IMG/VR virus record: IMGVR_UViG_3300029288_000129
Span: 25,810-89,809 of that record
Direction: 5' to 3' (one strand)
Length of the DNA: 64,000 nt
Source: a virus
Lineage: Duplodnaviria > Caudoviricetes
A program made the position numbers and the translations under genes. Below are positions 18,494 to 28,503 of this stretch, in pieces. The stretch's first letter is position 1. Every line of letters starts with the position of its first letter. Under the pieces are notes generated by a model, which did no database searches, had not been told where the DNA came from, and saw only the letters and a list, made by a program, of their open reading frames with translations.

Positions 18494-19478
18494 GGAAACA
18501 CGGCTCCGTGAGGCCATACAGGGCTACGGGAACAACGAGATGGTGCTCAGCGATGGGTATAGTACCCTCTCGGTCGATCCGGCGACCCTGCCGCCCCACA
18601 AAGCGTCTTTACTCTCGGCTCTGGGCAAACAGAATATATCGGTGACGACCTGCAAGAGTTGCGGATCCGATACGCCGGGTATGTTGCGGCCCGTCGAGGT
18701 GCGATGGAACGGTGACCGTTATGTGTGGCGTGACAATCCAATGGCATGCATCGAATACTGTTGCGACTCGAACCGTAGCGTAGTGGCAGCACTCGAAGAG
18801 AAGCGCAACGCCTATGCGAACCGCATTTGCGACGAGTCCAGCGACGCGGTGCGACAACAGCGGATGGCGAGCCTAGTATCGTTGAGTATGTTGGGGGATC
18901 GGTGGCAGGACCGGACCTTCGCCAATTTCCGCATCAACGATAAGAACCGGCGCAGTTATGATATGTGTCGCACCTACGCCGAATCGTTTCGACGCATGTA
19001 CAGTGTCGGGTCTCCACAACAGGGACGAGGGCTCGCCTTGATCGGCCCCGCCGGAACCGGAAAAACACATCTGGCCGCCGCTACGACGATGCATTGCCTC
19101 GAATATGGGGTCGCGGTAGTGTTTGCCAATTTTGTCGAGATGATGAACCTTTTGACCCGCCGAGGCAGGGAGCGGGACGAATATGTGGATAAACTCTGTT
19201 ATGCCGATCTGCTGGTCATTGATGATCTGGGCAAAGAGTTTAACACATCGGATGCGCACGAGGGCATACGGATACGGCAGGGGCTCTACCTTGTGGTGAA
19301 TACCCGATATGAGCGGAAGCGTCCGATCATAGCGACCATGAACGATACGAGCGAAACGCTGAAGAAGAAACTGGACCCTGCCGTGGTGGATCGGTTGCTG
19401 GAGGGCTGGTGGTCGAAGGAGGGGCGGTGGAACCATATTGTCAAGATGGACTGGAGTAGCGAGAGGACCGGACGATGA
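18474..19478 (+). CDS. DnaC/IstB-like AAA+ helicase loader
   Basis: Walker A GPAGTGKT, Walker B LLVIDDLGKE, VNTRYERKRPIIATMN. Confidence 0.9.
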   Translation: MIDTMSEETRLREAIQGYGNNEMVLSDGYSTLSVDPATLPPHKASLLSALGKQNISVTTCKSCGSDTPGMLRPVEVRWNGDRYVWRDNPMACIEYCCDSNRSVVAALEEKRNAYANRICDESSDAVRQQRMASLVSLSMLGDRWQDRTFANFRINDKNRRSYDMCRTYAESFRRMYSVGSPQQGRGLALIGPAGTGKTHLAAATTMHCLEYGVAVVFANFVEMMNLLTRRGRERDEYVDKLCYADLLVIDDLGKEFNTSDAHEGIRIRQGLYLVVNTRYERKRPIIATMNDTSETLKKKLDPAVVDRLLEGWWSKEGRWNHIVKMDWSSERTGR

Positions 19479-20023
19479 TAAAAGCAAGGGTATGGAGCGA
19501 ACGGTATCGGCGGCATTTCTATCATGGCGATCCTTTGGGGTCGGGTCGGGTCGAAGTACGCATGCTCGGCGACGGGGCGTGGCAACTCATCTGTGTCACC
19601 GAGGAAGGCGCGGCCACTTTGCTTCACGCCGCGATGCCCCTCAACGATTGCCCCGACGCTACACTTGAACTTGATATCGGTTGCGACGACGAGACTGGCG
19701 TACGGCTTTACGCCGGTGATGTGGTCTATGTTCCCGCAGGATATAGCGGCGACTACTACTATTCGGAACATTTTATGACCATAGAGATGGACCCACCATC
19801 AAAAGGCTTGACGCGAGAGTTTTCAAGACCAATCACGGATTCTTCTTTTGATTCTTGCCTGCGGGTCCGCACCATACACGATCCGGAAAGCGAGATGGAG
19901 CGCACCGTTACGGCTCGACGCGAAGAGAAAGAAAAGAGTCGGGCTGAAAAGGAGATGGCGCAGGAGCGTGCCGAATATGAACGGTTGAAGGCAAGGTTTG
20001 AGAAGGAGAATAAACATGGTTGA
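19475..20023 (+). CDS. Hypothetical protein
   Basis: 182 aa, ATGA coupling. Confidence 0.65.
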   Translation: MIKARVWSERYRRHFYHGDPLGSGRVEVRMLGDGAWQLICVTEEGAATLLHAAMPLNDCPDATLELDIGCDDETGVRLYAGDVVYVPAGYSGDYYYSEHFMTIEMDPPSKGLTREFSRPITDSSFDSCLRVRTIHDPESEMERTVTARREEKEKSRAEKEMAQERAEYERLKARFEKENKHG

Positions 20024-20243
20024 GAAAGGTAACGGGCCGAAGGTGCGGGAACAGATATTGGCCGTGATGCTGCCAGATCAATGGATGTCGCCGACACAGA
20101 TAGGGTTGGCTCTCGGCATCCCCTATGACCGCGCGTCCGGCTATGTGAATCGTCACCTTAAACAGTTGGTGGCGGAGCAGCGTGTCTCGAAGCGGTATCA
20201 TCCCAAGCCGATGTATTGTCTGTATCGTCGAGGCGCGGCATGA
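20016..20243 (+). CDS. Small winged-helix protein
   Basis: WMSPTQIGLALGIPYDRASGYVNRHLKQLV; paralogue of 21102-21320. Confidence 0.65.
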   Translation: MVEKGNGPKVREQILAVMLPDQWMSPTQIGLALGIPYDRASGYVNRHLKQLVAEQRVSKRYHPKPMYCLYRRGAA

Positions 20244-20575
20244 GCGGGCTACTTCTTTTTCCGTGGGATCGCGGCGAAGCACCTTTCTGGGTCAATCCCG
20301 AGAATGGATTGATGTGGTATCACGACAAGGATTCGACCGAGTGGTGCAGCCGTCCGATACACGATTTACCGCCGCTGGAAGCCGCCGTGTTCTTTGTGTG
20401 TCGCAAAGAGGGGGACCGTATAGAACCGATCACGCGCATCTTGATTGACACGCGGACCAATGAGCCGTTGGCGGAACATACCAGCCTCGAAGCAATGGGC
20501 GTGAAAATAGACGCTCTTCGTTTGGCGCGAGGCACGAATCGTACGAAGAAATCGAAGCGGAGGTCAACGACATGA
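20240..20575 (+). CDS. Hypothetical protein
   Basis: ATG 20240 overlaps the previous stop. Confidence 0.6.
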   Translation: MSGLLLFPWDRGEAPFWVNPENGLMWYHDKDSTEWCSRPIHDLPPLEAAVFFVCRKEGDRIEPITRILIDTRTNEPLAEHTSLEAMGVKIDALRLARGTNRTKKSKRRSTT

Positions 20576-20724
20576 GATGCCTACTGTTTCTTATCGTGGT
20601 GGCAATCACGGCCTGTTCCGCGCCGCAACGACCCGAACCGGTGGAAAAGAAAAAGCCGACGCGGGACGAGATGTGCGCGGACCCGAAGACTGCGCCGAGT
20701 GTTCGCAAAATGCTATGCGAGTAG
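20572..20724 (+). CDS. Small predicted lipoprotein (50 aa)
   Basis: Not in the track. MRCLLFLIVVAITACSAPQRPEP...MLCE: signal peptide with lipobox ITA-C; fills the operon gap. Confidence 0.65.
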   Translation: MRCLLFLIVVAITACSAPQRPEPVEKKKPTRDEMCADPKTAPSVRKMLCE

Positions 20725-20727
20725 GGC

Positions 20728-20931
20728 ATGAACATTGAAATTCACAGTCCGCGCATAGAGGGCCGATACTTTTGTCCCCTGTGCGGGAAAGCAATTTATC
20801 TGCGGACCGTTTCGTATGGACCCATACTGTTGCAATGCGACAAGTGCCGTCGTCGGGTCGAAGTAACGATACAGCCGTATGTTTTCTACAATCTGGGAAC
20901 AATAGGGGCCAACAACACAACGGGGGCATGA
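20728..20931 (+). CDS. Zn-ribbon protein
   Basis: CPLC...CDKC. Confidence 0.6.
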   Translation: MNIEIHSPRIEGRYFCPLCGKAIYLRTVSYGPILLQCDKCRRRVEVTIQPYVFYNLGTIGANNTTGA

Positions 20932-20932
20932 C

Positions 20933-21109
20933 ATGATTAGGTGTGACCACGCAGGAATGTATGTGTGCTGTGCCGATTGCGGCCACAGCGAGGACCATAC
21001 GGAGTTCAACGATTGCGCGACTCAACCGGTTTCGTGCGCGGCCTTGCTCCGCGAGTTCGGAGAGGCCGTGCTGGTAAAATGTTTGCCGGTGGAGAAGAGC
21101 GATGGCTAA
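20933..21109 (+). CDS. Small Cys/His-rich protein (58 aa)
   Basis: Not in the track. MIRCDHAGMYVCCADCGHSEDH...KCLPVEKSDG; fills the gap exactly. Confidence 0.5.
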   Translation: MIRCDHAGMYVCCADCGHSEDHTEFNDCATQPVSCAALLREFGEAVLVKCLPVEKSDG

Positions 21110-21320
21110 GAAGGGAGACGAGACTAGGGCGCGGATAGACGCGATCATGGCGGATGGTGAGTGGCGCACGCCCACGGAAATAGGTCTTGCGCTGAGGATA
21201 TGCAGGGAAAACGCTTCGTCGCGAGTCTGCGCTTACTTGAAAAAAATGGTGCTGTGTGGCGAGATGGAAAAAAGAACCGTGCCGATGCGGATGTACCGGA
21301 AGGTGGGGGGGAAACGGTGA
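21102..21320 (+). CDS. Small winged-helix protein
   Basis: WRTPTEIGLALRICRENASSRVCAYLKKMV. Confidence 0.65.
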   Translation: MAKKGDETRARIDAIMADGEWRTPTEIGLALRICRENASSRVCAYLKKMVLCGEMEKRTVPMRMYRKVGGKR

Positions 21321-21487
21321 GAAACCGCATATTGGTTGGCGATGCGATAGAGATGTTGCGACAGATACCGGACGGTTCTGTGCAATGCATCATATCTAGC
21401 CCGCCGTACTACGGGTTGAGATCGTATCTGGACGCGGAACATGAGGACAAAGGCAAAGAGATCGGTGCGGCAAGTAACCTTGTTTGA
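21317..21487 (+). pseudogene. Truncated N4/N6 DNA methyltransferase remnant
   Basis: GTG 21317: RNRILVGDAIEMLRQIPDGSVQCIISSPPYYGLRSY, then a stop after 56 aa; no SAM-binding motif follows. Confidence 0.75.
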
Positions 21488-21502
21488 TATGGGGGCAGAA
21501 CG

Positions 21503-21751
21503 ATGACCGAACCTTTACGCCACTGGATATTTATGGTCGATGACTTTGACGGGCCGCAGTTTCTCGACGCGCTCGGAAACGAAATCGACGAATCCGATGC
21601 GAAGCGAGATCCGTTTGTGGGCACGGATCTTGAAGCGTACAGCGAAGGCGAGAGGCGTACCGATTTGTGGGAAGAGAGGACCGGCAAGTGGGCCGAGCGG
21701 ACAACGCGGATGAGTCTGGGGATTATAAAAGCGGAGGACACCAGACGATGA
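21503..21751 (+). CDS. Hypothetical protein
   Basis: 82 aa. Confidence 0.55.
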   Translation: MTEPLRHWIFMVDDFDGPQFLDALGNEIDESDAKRDPFVGTDLEAYSEGERRTDLWEERTGKWAERTTRMSLGIIKAEDTRR

Positions 21752-22335
21752 GTGATGAAAGATGTTATGTCTGTAAAGAGCCGGTGGATAAGTGTGGGTG
21801 CGGGAACTGCATTCCCGGCAAGACAGAGGTGAGCGGCATAGAAAGATGCACCGATGTGTTTTGCGCCACCGTTACGCCGGGAGAGGCGATATCGGTGCCG
21901 TGCAAGACGGTTACAATCACGATGACGACACAGGGGCCGTTACCGCCGCGCATCCAGATCGTGGATGCTGATGGGTTTGCGGCTCTCGTGACGGATCGCA
22001 AGCGGCTGACCGATACGCTGCATCAAGTTGACGATCTGTTGGCCAACAATTTCATCACCGCAAGGGACGGCGACTACCGGACCGCGCTGATGGAGTGGTT
22101 GAAGCGGAACATTGAGATACACGATGACCCCGCCGTGTCTGAGGCGGCGCGGGATCGCGAGGAGTACCGCTGTGGGCTCGAAGCCACTATTCTCGCGATT
22201 AAGAAATCCTGCGGCATGGGACCGGACGCGCCGAACGAATTGGTGGCGGCTGTTATCGGCGATGCGTTGCGCCGCAAGAACGCTACCATAGATGCGATGG
22301 CGAAAGAACTAGAACAGATACGGGGACCGAAATGA
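21748..22335 (+). CDS. Hypothetical protein, N-terminal Cys cluster
   Basis: MSDERCYVCKEPVDKCGCGNC; RBS GGAGG. Confidence 0.65.
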   Translation: MSDERCYVCKEPVDKCGCGNCIPGKTEVSGIERCTDVFCATVTPGEAISVPCKTVTITMTTQGPLPPRIQIVDADGFAALVTDRKRLTDTLHQVDDLLANNFITARDGDYRTALMEWLKRNIEIHDDPAVSEAARDREEYRCGLEATILAIKKSCGMGPDAPNELVAAVIGDALRRKNATIDAMAKELEQIRGPK

Positions 22336-23450
22336 ACCGAACCGAAACTTTCAAGGCGATGAGCAGCAAGGACCGCATTATGCGCCTTATCGAGATCGGA
22401 GCCAAAGAGGTGCATGGCACCATCACGCCCGATGATATCGCGGACCGCGAGGCGATACAGGCGATCCGTTTCAAGAATGGCGAGATGGAAGCCGTGGTCA
22501 AGGAATGGGAGCGCGACCCCGAATATCATGGTCCCGAGACCACGAAGGCTGCGGACGAGTTCCGCGAGGAACAGGCGCGGCACCGGACACGGGAAGCGAT
22601 GCGGCCCAAGATCGTCGTGATCGGACCCGGAGCCGATGATGCGATAAAGAAATCTCTAAGAGCCATCCGCGCCGTGACCGCCGACCTTATTGACGACAAG
22701 ATCGTGGTCAGCCCATTTATGGAAGAGGGCATGGCGTTTGTGGCCCCTGCCGAGGATATGACGCTGAAGGACAAGCCGTATGGGGTGCCGGACCTTCCCG
22801 AGGCGACCGCTATACAGATGCCGTCGATCTCGGGTATCGGGCGCATATACGAAAGTATTTTTGGCGATCTTTTCAACGGAATTAAGGGTGCTACGCTGCG
22901 CAACTCCGGTATCATCGACATGCTGCTGGACGAATCCGCGTATGACCCGAAGCCGCCGCCGACACGGGAACTCGCCCAGTATTGGGCCGTCCGTAACCGC
23001 CGCTACACCAATATCCGGCGACTGAACCATTTCCGCAAGTACCTGCGTGAGCCGGAATGGAACGGCGAGCGTGCCGATGCGGTGTCTTATCGTATCGTTC
23101 AGAAAGCCATGGCGGTGATCCGCGCCTTGCCCGAGCAGTACCAGCCCTTTGTCGCGCCTACCGCTTGGGGCACCATACAGTTTGAGTACGGGAGCCTCAA
23201 GAAAGAAGAGAACCGTCTCGATATAGAAATAGATGGTCGTAAATCGCGGATGCGGTGGATGACCAAGATAACGGGAGGCGACGGATATAGTCGCGGCACC
23301 GAAACCTTCCGAACCAGTACCGCCAACCTTGTGCGGCGCATCCGCGACTGGCACGATGCGATGAAGCCGCCGATGTATGTGATGACGGCCGACATGTCAA
23401 CAACGGGCATGAACGATAACAACGATGTCTTTGTAGGAGAACAACCATGA
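22332..23450 (+). CDS. Hypothetical protein
   Basis: 372 aa, ATGA coupling. Confidence 0.7.
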   Translation: MNRTETFKAMSSKDRIMRLIEIGAKEVHGTITPDDIADREAIQAIRFKNGEMEAVVKEWERDPEYHGPETTKAADEFREEQARHRTREAMRPKIVVIGPGADDAIKKSLRAIRAVTADLIDDKIVVSPFMEEGMAFVAPAEDMTLKDKPYGVPDLPEATAIQMPSISGIGRIYESIFGDLFNGIKGATLRNSGIIDMLLDESAYDPKPPPTRELAQYWAVRNRRYTNIRRLNHFRKYLREPEWNGERADAVSYRIVQKAMAVIRALPEQYQPFVAPTAWGTIQFEYGSLKKEENRLDIEIDGRKSRMRWMTKITGGDGYSRGTETFRTSTANLVRRIRDWHDAMKPPMYVMTADMSTTGMNDNNDVFVGEQP

Positions 23451-23929
23451 GAATCTATTTCGATGTGACCGAGTTACAAGACGACGGCAAACGCCATTTG
23501 GTCCGGCACGATGGCAAAGGCGAACTGCCCCATGACGAGTTGCTGAAACACGCGCATTGCGTCAGCGGCGATCTTGGGTGGTGCGATATACCCGACGCGG
23601 ATTCGGCCAGCGGCGCGGAGGGTCATCGCGTGATGACCTGCGTTTACTGCGGCAAAGAGTACCCGCAGGATACGCCGGGATGGGACAACGGTGTGCTGAC
23701 GGCGCATATCAAGGTTTGCCCGAAGCATCCGTTGCGGCAAGCCGAAGAGGACATGTTTTTGCTTCGCAAAGCGTTGATCGGCTTGATCGGCGCGGAGACG
23801 CGGGAAGAGTTGGAGCGCATGGAAGCGATGATGCGGGCCTTGCCTGCGCCGGAACAAGACAAGGCGGTGTCTATCAACGCTATCCACGCTCTTCTCGCTA
23901 CGATGCCGGAGGCGACCCATGAGCATTGA
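23447..23929 (+). CDS. Hypothetical protein with C2H/C zinc motif
   Basis: TCVYCG...AHIKVCPKHP. Confidence 0.7.
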   Translation: MRIYFDVTELQDDGKRHLVRHDGKGELPHDELLKHAHCVSGDLGWCDIPDADSASGAEGHRVMTCVYCGKEYPQDTPGWDNGVLTAHIKVCPKHPLRQAEEDMFLLRKALIGLIGAETREELERMEAMMRALPAPEQDKAVSINAIHALLATMPEATHEH

Positions 23930-24521
23930 GACTATTGCGGAGCGTCTGCGGACCCAAGACAACCAGTGTACCGCCGACCCCATGTATGTCGTGTTTCGGA
24001 AACAGAAGGTGGTGACGACCGATGATTATTCATGCCTGTATCAATGGTACGATCACGATGGATGCTGCGAAGCGGACCAACGGCAAACCGCGATTCTGGA
24101 CCGGATGGAGGAGCGCGGGCGTGACACGGGGCCGTGGGAGAAACACTACTATCAAGAGGTTGACGAGTTCATATCCGTGTTTTTCACCGATCAGTCCGCC
24201 AAGGATTTCATAGCACGAAACAAACATCGGTATGGGGCTATGCATGTTTTCGTTGATTCTGGATGCCGCAACCCGGAGTGGCAGGAAGTCCGCGCATGGC
24301 TCGCCAAGCAGGATATCCGCTACGATTCGCCGCATATCTTGTCGCCCGAGTGGTATGCCAAGAACGCGGACGACCCTATGAAGATGTTGCGCCACCTACT
24401 CTGTGTTGTCAACACGATCACGGCACCGCATCGACACGGGAACCCGATACCGAAATCCCGGCTCGACGAAATGTGTGAGGTGCAGTTGAGAATAGAGGAA
24501 TCGATAGGGGATAAGATATGA
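23919..24521 (+). CDS. Conserved phage hypothetical protein (Ead/Ea22-region-like)
   Basis: RLRTQDNQCTADPMYVVF...F.SVFFTDQSAKDFIARNKHRY motif. Confidence 0.65.
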   Translation: MSIETIAERLRTQDNQCTADPMYVVFRKQKVVTTDDYSCLYQWYDHDGCCEADQRQTAILDRMEERGRDTGPWEKHYYQEVDEFISVFFTDQSAKDFIARNKHRYGAMHVFVDSGCRNPEWQEVRAWLAKQDIRYDSPHILSPEWYAKNADDPMKMLRHLLCVVNTITAPHRHGNPIPKSRLDEMCEVQLRIEESIGDKI

Positions 24522-24745
24522 GCCACACCACACACCTGCGCCTCAAGGCACAACGCGATCCGTCTCACTACGATGCGCCCGAGGTCAGCAACGAGGTCTT
24601 TGCGATCTCGATGGACACTATGAACAGCGCGGAACTCATGGCTCAACGCTACAACGAACTGCTTGATCTGGTTGATATTCTGCTGTCGGACCAGAAGCCG
24701 AGCGTTCGTGCGATGCGACAACTTGTGAAGATGCGGAGGCCGTGA
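24518..24745 (+). CDS. Hypothetical protein
   Basis: 75 aa, coupled on both sides. Confidence 0.55.
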   Translation: MSHTTHLRLKAQRDPSHYDAPEVSNEVFAISMDTMNSAELMAQRYNELLDLVDILLSDQKPSVRAMRQLVKMRRP

Positions 24746-26322
24746 TGCCTGAGTTCCGAATCATCAACAGCGACTGTATCGTGGCGATGCGCGAGATGGC
24801 CGACAACTCGGTCGATGCGATAGTCACCGACCCCCCCGCCGGAATTTCATTTATGGGGAAAAATTGGGACCACGATAAGGGCGGCCGCGATTCGTGGATA
24901 GCGTGGATGTCAGAGGTCGCCAAGGAATGTCTGCGTGTCATTCGGCCCGGAGGTCATGCGTTGGTGTGGGCGATTCCGCGCACCAGCCATTGGACCGCGA
25001 TGGGATGGGAGAATGCGGGATGGGAAGTAAGAGATCGTATCGCTCATCACTTCGGGCAAGGATTCCCGAAAAGTATGAATGTTTCTATAGCGTTAGACAA
25101 GTCTGCCGGAGCGGAAAGAACGGTTGTCGGAAAGAAAGATGTCGGTCCCGATATGCGCGGCGGCAACTTTGAAAATGCTGAGGGCCGCATGATGGCCAAC
25201 ATTACCGAGCCGACCACCGAAGCCGCGAAGCAATGGAGCGGATGGGGCACCGCGCTGAAACCGGCGACCGAGGACTGGTGGCTTTTCCGAAAGCCGGTTG
25301 AAGGTACGGTTGCCGCAAACATTCTCAAGCATGGGACTGGGGGGCTAAACATTGATGGATGCAGGGTAGAAACGGATGATCTAAAAGGCAAGGTCTACAA
25401 CAACAACAACACCGGCTGGAAATGCACTTCCGCGCCATCCACGATCCACGGCAATGAACAGGGCCGCTGGCCTGCGAACCTTGTCTTGTCGCATTCCGAG
25501 GGGTGTCGGTGTGCCGGGACAAAGAAGGTAAAGGGAGTTGCCGGTGGGACAGCCCCCGTTGGCGGGAATTACAAACTTGCCGAAAACAGAACGCAACAAC
25601 CATATTTCAACTACGCCGACCCAGATGGCACCGAGACCGTTGAGGCATGGGAATGCGTCGAGGGTTGCCCGATCAGGTTGATGGACGAGCAGAGCGGCAT
25701 ATCCTCCACCAAACGAACAGAAAATCCTTCAAACTGTAGTGGAAACACATGGGGAGGAACAATACAGACGAACAGGAGCGCAAGGGGGCACACCGACTCT
25801 GGCGGCGCATCCCGCTTCTTCTACTGCGCGAAGGCAAGTAAGTCGGACAGGGATGAGGGTTGCGAGGGGATGGACGAGATGGACAAGCGCACCATGAATG
25901 ATTTTGGCGACCAGTCCCAACACAGGTGTAGTGATGGAGCAAACAGAACACAAGGCACGGGCGTATCGAAAGCCCGCAATCATCATCCCACCGTCAAGCC
26001 TACCGCCCTCATGCGCTACCTATGCCGCCTCGTCACGCCGAAAGGTGGTGTTATCCTCGACCCGTTCATGGGTAGCGGGTCAACAGGCAAAGCGGCTAAC
26101 ATAGAAGGATTTAGGTTTATCGGAATAGAGCAGGATGCTGAGTATTGCAAGATCGCGGAGGCGCGGATACAATATGCGCGGAACAATGCGGGGAAAGAGC
26201 CGGAAAAGAAAAATCCTGCCCCAAGAAAACCGACAACATCCCAAGCCGCAGAGCAACCGACACCGGAAAAGCCTGCGACAGTATCGGCGCAAGTCTCTAT
26301 TTTTGAAATTGACAATTCGTGA
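24745..26322 (+). CDS. Orphan beta-class N4/N6 DNA methyltransferase
   Basis: SVDAIVTDPPAG, HPTVKPTALMRYLCRLVT, ILDPFMGSGSTG. Confidence 0.9.
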   Translation: MPEFRIINSDCIVAMREMADNSVDAIVTDPPAGISFMGKNWDHDKGGRDSWIAWMSEVAKECLRVIRPGGHALVWAIPRTSHWTAMGWENAGWEVRDRIAHHFGQGFPKSMNVSIALDKSAGAERTVVGKKDVGPDMRGGNFENAEGRMMANITEPTTEAAKQWSGWGTALKPATEDWWLFRKPVEGTVAANILKHGTGGLNIDGCRVETDDLKGKVYNNNNTGWKCTSAPSTIHGNEQGRWPANLVLSHSEGCRCAGTKKVKGVAGGTAPVGGNYKLAENRTQQPYFNYADPDGTETVEAWECVEGCPIRLMDEQSGISSTKRTENPSNCSGNTWGGTIQTNRSARGHTDSGGASRFFYCAKASKSDRDEGCEGMDEMDKRTMNDFGDQSQHRCSDGANRTQGTGVSKARNHHPTVKPTALMRYLCRLVTPKGGVILDPFMGSGSTGKAANIEGFRFIGIEQDAEYCKIAEARIQYARNNAGKEPEKKNPAPRKPTTSQAAEQPTPEKPATVSAQVSIFEIDNS

Positions 26323-26341
26323 TGCTCCCGGTGTTTCAAAT

Positions 26342-26383
26342 TTGCGAAAAAAAAGTTGACAGCCGTTTTATTTTCCGTATCGT
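26342..26383 (+). promoter_or_regulatory. Rightward sigma70 promoter with adjacent TTGCGAAAA
   Basis: TTGCGAAAAAAAAG directly before TTGACA (26356-61), 16 nt, TATCGT (26378-83). Confidence 0.6.
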
Positions 26384-26423
26384 GACGCATAGGTGGCTTA
26401 CCAAACATCTATGGGGAAAAACT

Positions 26424-26807
26424 ATGCCCAAACGAATTGATCCGACACGAGACTCGCGTTACGAAGCCCTGTTGAAAGAGTTGGGGTTTAACGACGATGT
26501 GATCAACCGGCTCCTCGACGAACACTCCAATGACCGCGTGGTTTCACAGGGGCTATCGGTCCGACTCAAGACCTTTACGCCGTATCGCGAAATTTGTCGG
26601 CGGCTCAACATGAATTTCTGCGCTCCGTTGCAGAGTTTCATGGAAATGTTTGTGGACCATTTTTCGCGTGGAAAGAACCTTCAGGATGCCCTGAAACGGT
26701 ACGGCGCGGAACGCGAACGGATGGAAAAGGCGGCTCCTCGCACATCCGAGGCCGCGAAACAGAAGCGACGCGAAAAACGAGAAAAGAAGCCGTGCGACCG
26801 CGTTTGA
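26424..26807 (+). CDS. Hypothetical protein, possibly DNA-binding
   Basis: ATG 26424 after GGGGA; basic C-terminus. Confidence 0.6.
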   Translation: MPKRIDPTRDSRYEALLKELGFNDDVINRLLDEHSNDRVVSQGLSVRLKTFTPYREICRRLNMNFCAPLQSFMEMFVDHFSRGKNLQDALKRYGAERERMEKAAPRTSEAAKQKRREKREKKPCDRV

Positions 26808-26829
26808 TCCACAACCATAGGAGAGAATC

Positions 26830-27981
26830 GTGAAGGTAGCGAAAGGTTCCGTTGCTTTGTCTGTATTCAGTCTGCCCAAAGAAATATCGTCTTTGTCGGT
26901 GTCGGAACTCGGCTCCGCTTTGGCGCAACACAGTTTCATTCCTATCGACCCGCTTTCGGTGCTGGATTCCAGCGAGGGATGGGTGGATTGGCAACGCACC
27001 TCACAGTCCTTTACCGCCGATTGCTCGGTCACGAATGGCCCCTACTCGATGCTGTGCCTTCGTTGCGATCAGTACAAATATGATGCGGCGACGGTCGAGA
27101 TGATGGCGGAAGCATATTGCGTCGAAAACGGCTACACCCAATCGTACCGCGAAATGAAGGGCAAGTTACGGCAACCCGTGATCGATGCGATACGCATTCA
27201 GTTGAGGGCCAAGACGATCCCGAGGGTACATTTCGTCGAGGCCGCTATCGACTATGCCGAGGGACTTATCTATGTGTTCAGCAAGGCGAGCGCGGACATC
27301 TCGGCGTTCAGCATGGCCATCATGTCCACTTTCGGGGTCGAGGCGCAATACATGAATTATGCCTACGACTGCCTACGGATCGGCGAGGACCGATGTGTAC
27401 CCGCCAAGATGTTGCTTCTGCACCTGTACCGGAGCGGCGAGAAAAAAGATGGATACACGACCCCCGATGATCGCGAGATATATTGCCTCAACGGAGACAG
27501 TATCAAGATGCATGGGGTCGCGGAGGGCAATCTCGGTAACGAGTACCGCGTGAAGATGGCCAACGAGAAAGAGGATGCGATTGCATCGAACCTGCTGGAC
27601 CATGATGCGGCATGGCCCGTTGAGATGCGGTTTAGGCTCGACTCCGATTTTGGCGATATTCAGTTCACGGTTCACGCCGACAAACTGGTGCCTTACGGCA
27701 TCGACTTGCCGTTCAGCAAGGAGAAAGAGGAGGAGCAACGCATCGTGGACCGGATCAACATGCTGTCGTGGCTCAACGGCGAGTGGGTCACACTGCTCAA
27801 GGCCGCGTCTCAACGCATCAAGGAGGAGCAGTTCGGTGCGGAGGATAAGCCCGCCGAAAAGGACGAGACCAAAATCACCTTTAAGATGGGTAACGAGTCG
27901 GTGACGATGAGTGGCAAACAATTCGATAAGGCGACAAAGACGATACTGAAAGGGAAGGGCGGGAAGAACACCAAAAAATAG
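26830..27981 (+). CDS. RdgC-like recombination-associated protein
   Basis: FIPIDP...SEGWVDW...LCLRCDQYK...LRAKTIPRVHFVEAAIDY...IYVFSKA resembles RdgC family motifs. Confidence 0.6.
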   Translation: MKVAKGSVALSVFSLPKEISSLSVSELGSALAQHSFIPIDPLSVLDSSEGWVDWQRTSQSFTADCSVTNGPYSMLCLRCDQYKYDAATVEMMAEAYCVENGYTQSYREMKGKLRQPVIDAIRIQLRAKTIPRVHFVEAAIDYAEGLIYVFSKASADISAFSMAIMSTFGVEAQYMNYAYDCLRIGEDRCVPAKMLLLHLYRSGEKKDGYTTPDDREIYCLNGDSIKMHGVAEGNLGNEYRVKMANEKEDAIASNLLDHDAAWPVEMRFRLDSDFGDIQFTVHADKLVPYGIDLPFSKEKEEEQRIVDRINMLSWLNGEWVTLLKAASQRIKEEQFGAEDKPAEKDETKITFKMGNESVTMSGKQFDKATKTILKGKGGKNTKK

Positions 27982-27991
27982 GAGGCCACCG

Positions 27992-28420
27992 ATGAGCCAG
28001 AAAACTATCGCCGACATTTACGCCGATCACATCACCGCGTCGCCACACGACACGATGGTCACGGATCGCATCCTGCTTCATTCGGGGGCCCGGAGTATCG
28101 CCGAGGTGTGTCGCGCCGCGATCAACGGATACGCCGCTGAACTGATACGGCTCAACCTCGAAAGCGGCATGGACGACACGCTGGCGGCTAAAACCGCAGA
28201 GGCCGACATGGAGGTATCCGCCGCCGCGATGCTGTCGGCCCAGAACGAAGCGTGCGCTCGCTGTGACCGCATCCTCTCCTGTTCCTCCTACGAAAGAATC
28301 ATGACCAGCATCATTCTTGACGCGGCTGTGGGTCCGCATTGCCCGATGTTCCACAACGCTTTTGAAACGGCGCGTGCCGATATCTCGCGTCGCACCATGG
28401 GCCAGTTCGGCAAGGCATAA
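27992..28420 (+). CDS. Hypothetical protein
   Basis: 142 aa, RBS GGAGG. Confidence 0.65.
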   Translation: MSQKTIADIYADHITASPHDTMVTDRILLHSGARSIAEVCRAAINGYAAELIRLNLESGMDDTLAAKTAEADMEVSAAAMLSAQNEACARCDRILSCSSYERIMTSIILDAAVGPHCPMFHNAFETARADISRRTMGQFGKA

Positions 28421-28437
28421 AATATCTCGCATTTTTC

Positions 28438-28465
28438 TTGACAAGTTTTTCGCAAATGCTATGAT
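28438..28465 (+). promoter_or_regulatory. Rightward sigma70 promoter with TTCGCAA in the spacer
   Basis: TTGACA-AGTTTTTCGCAAATGC-TATGAT (extended -10). Confidence 0.75.
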
Positions 28466-28503
28466 GGCGAAGTCTGTTGTTCTATAACCAAGGGAGAAGA
28501 TTG

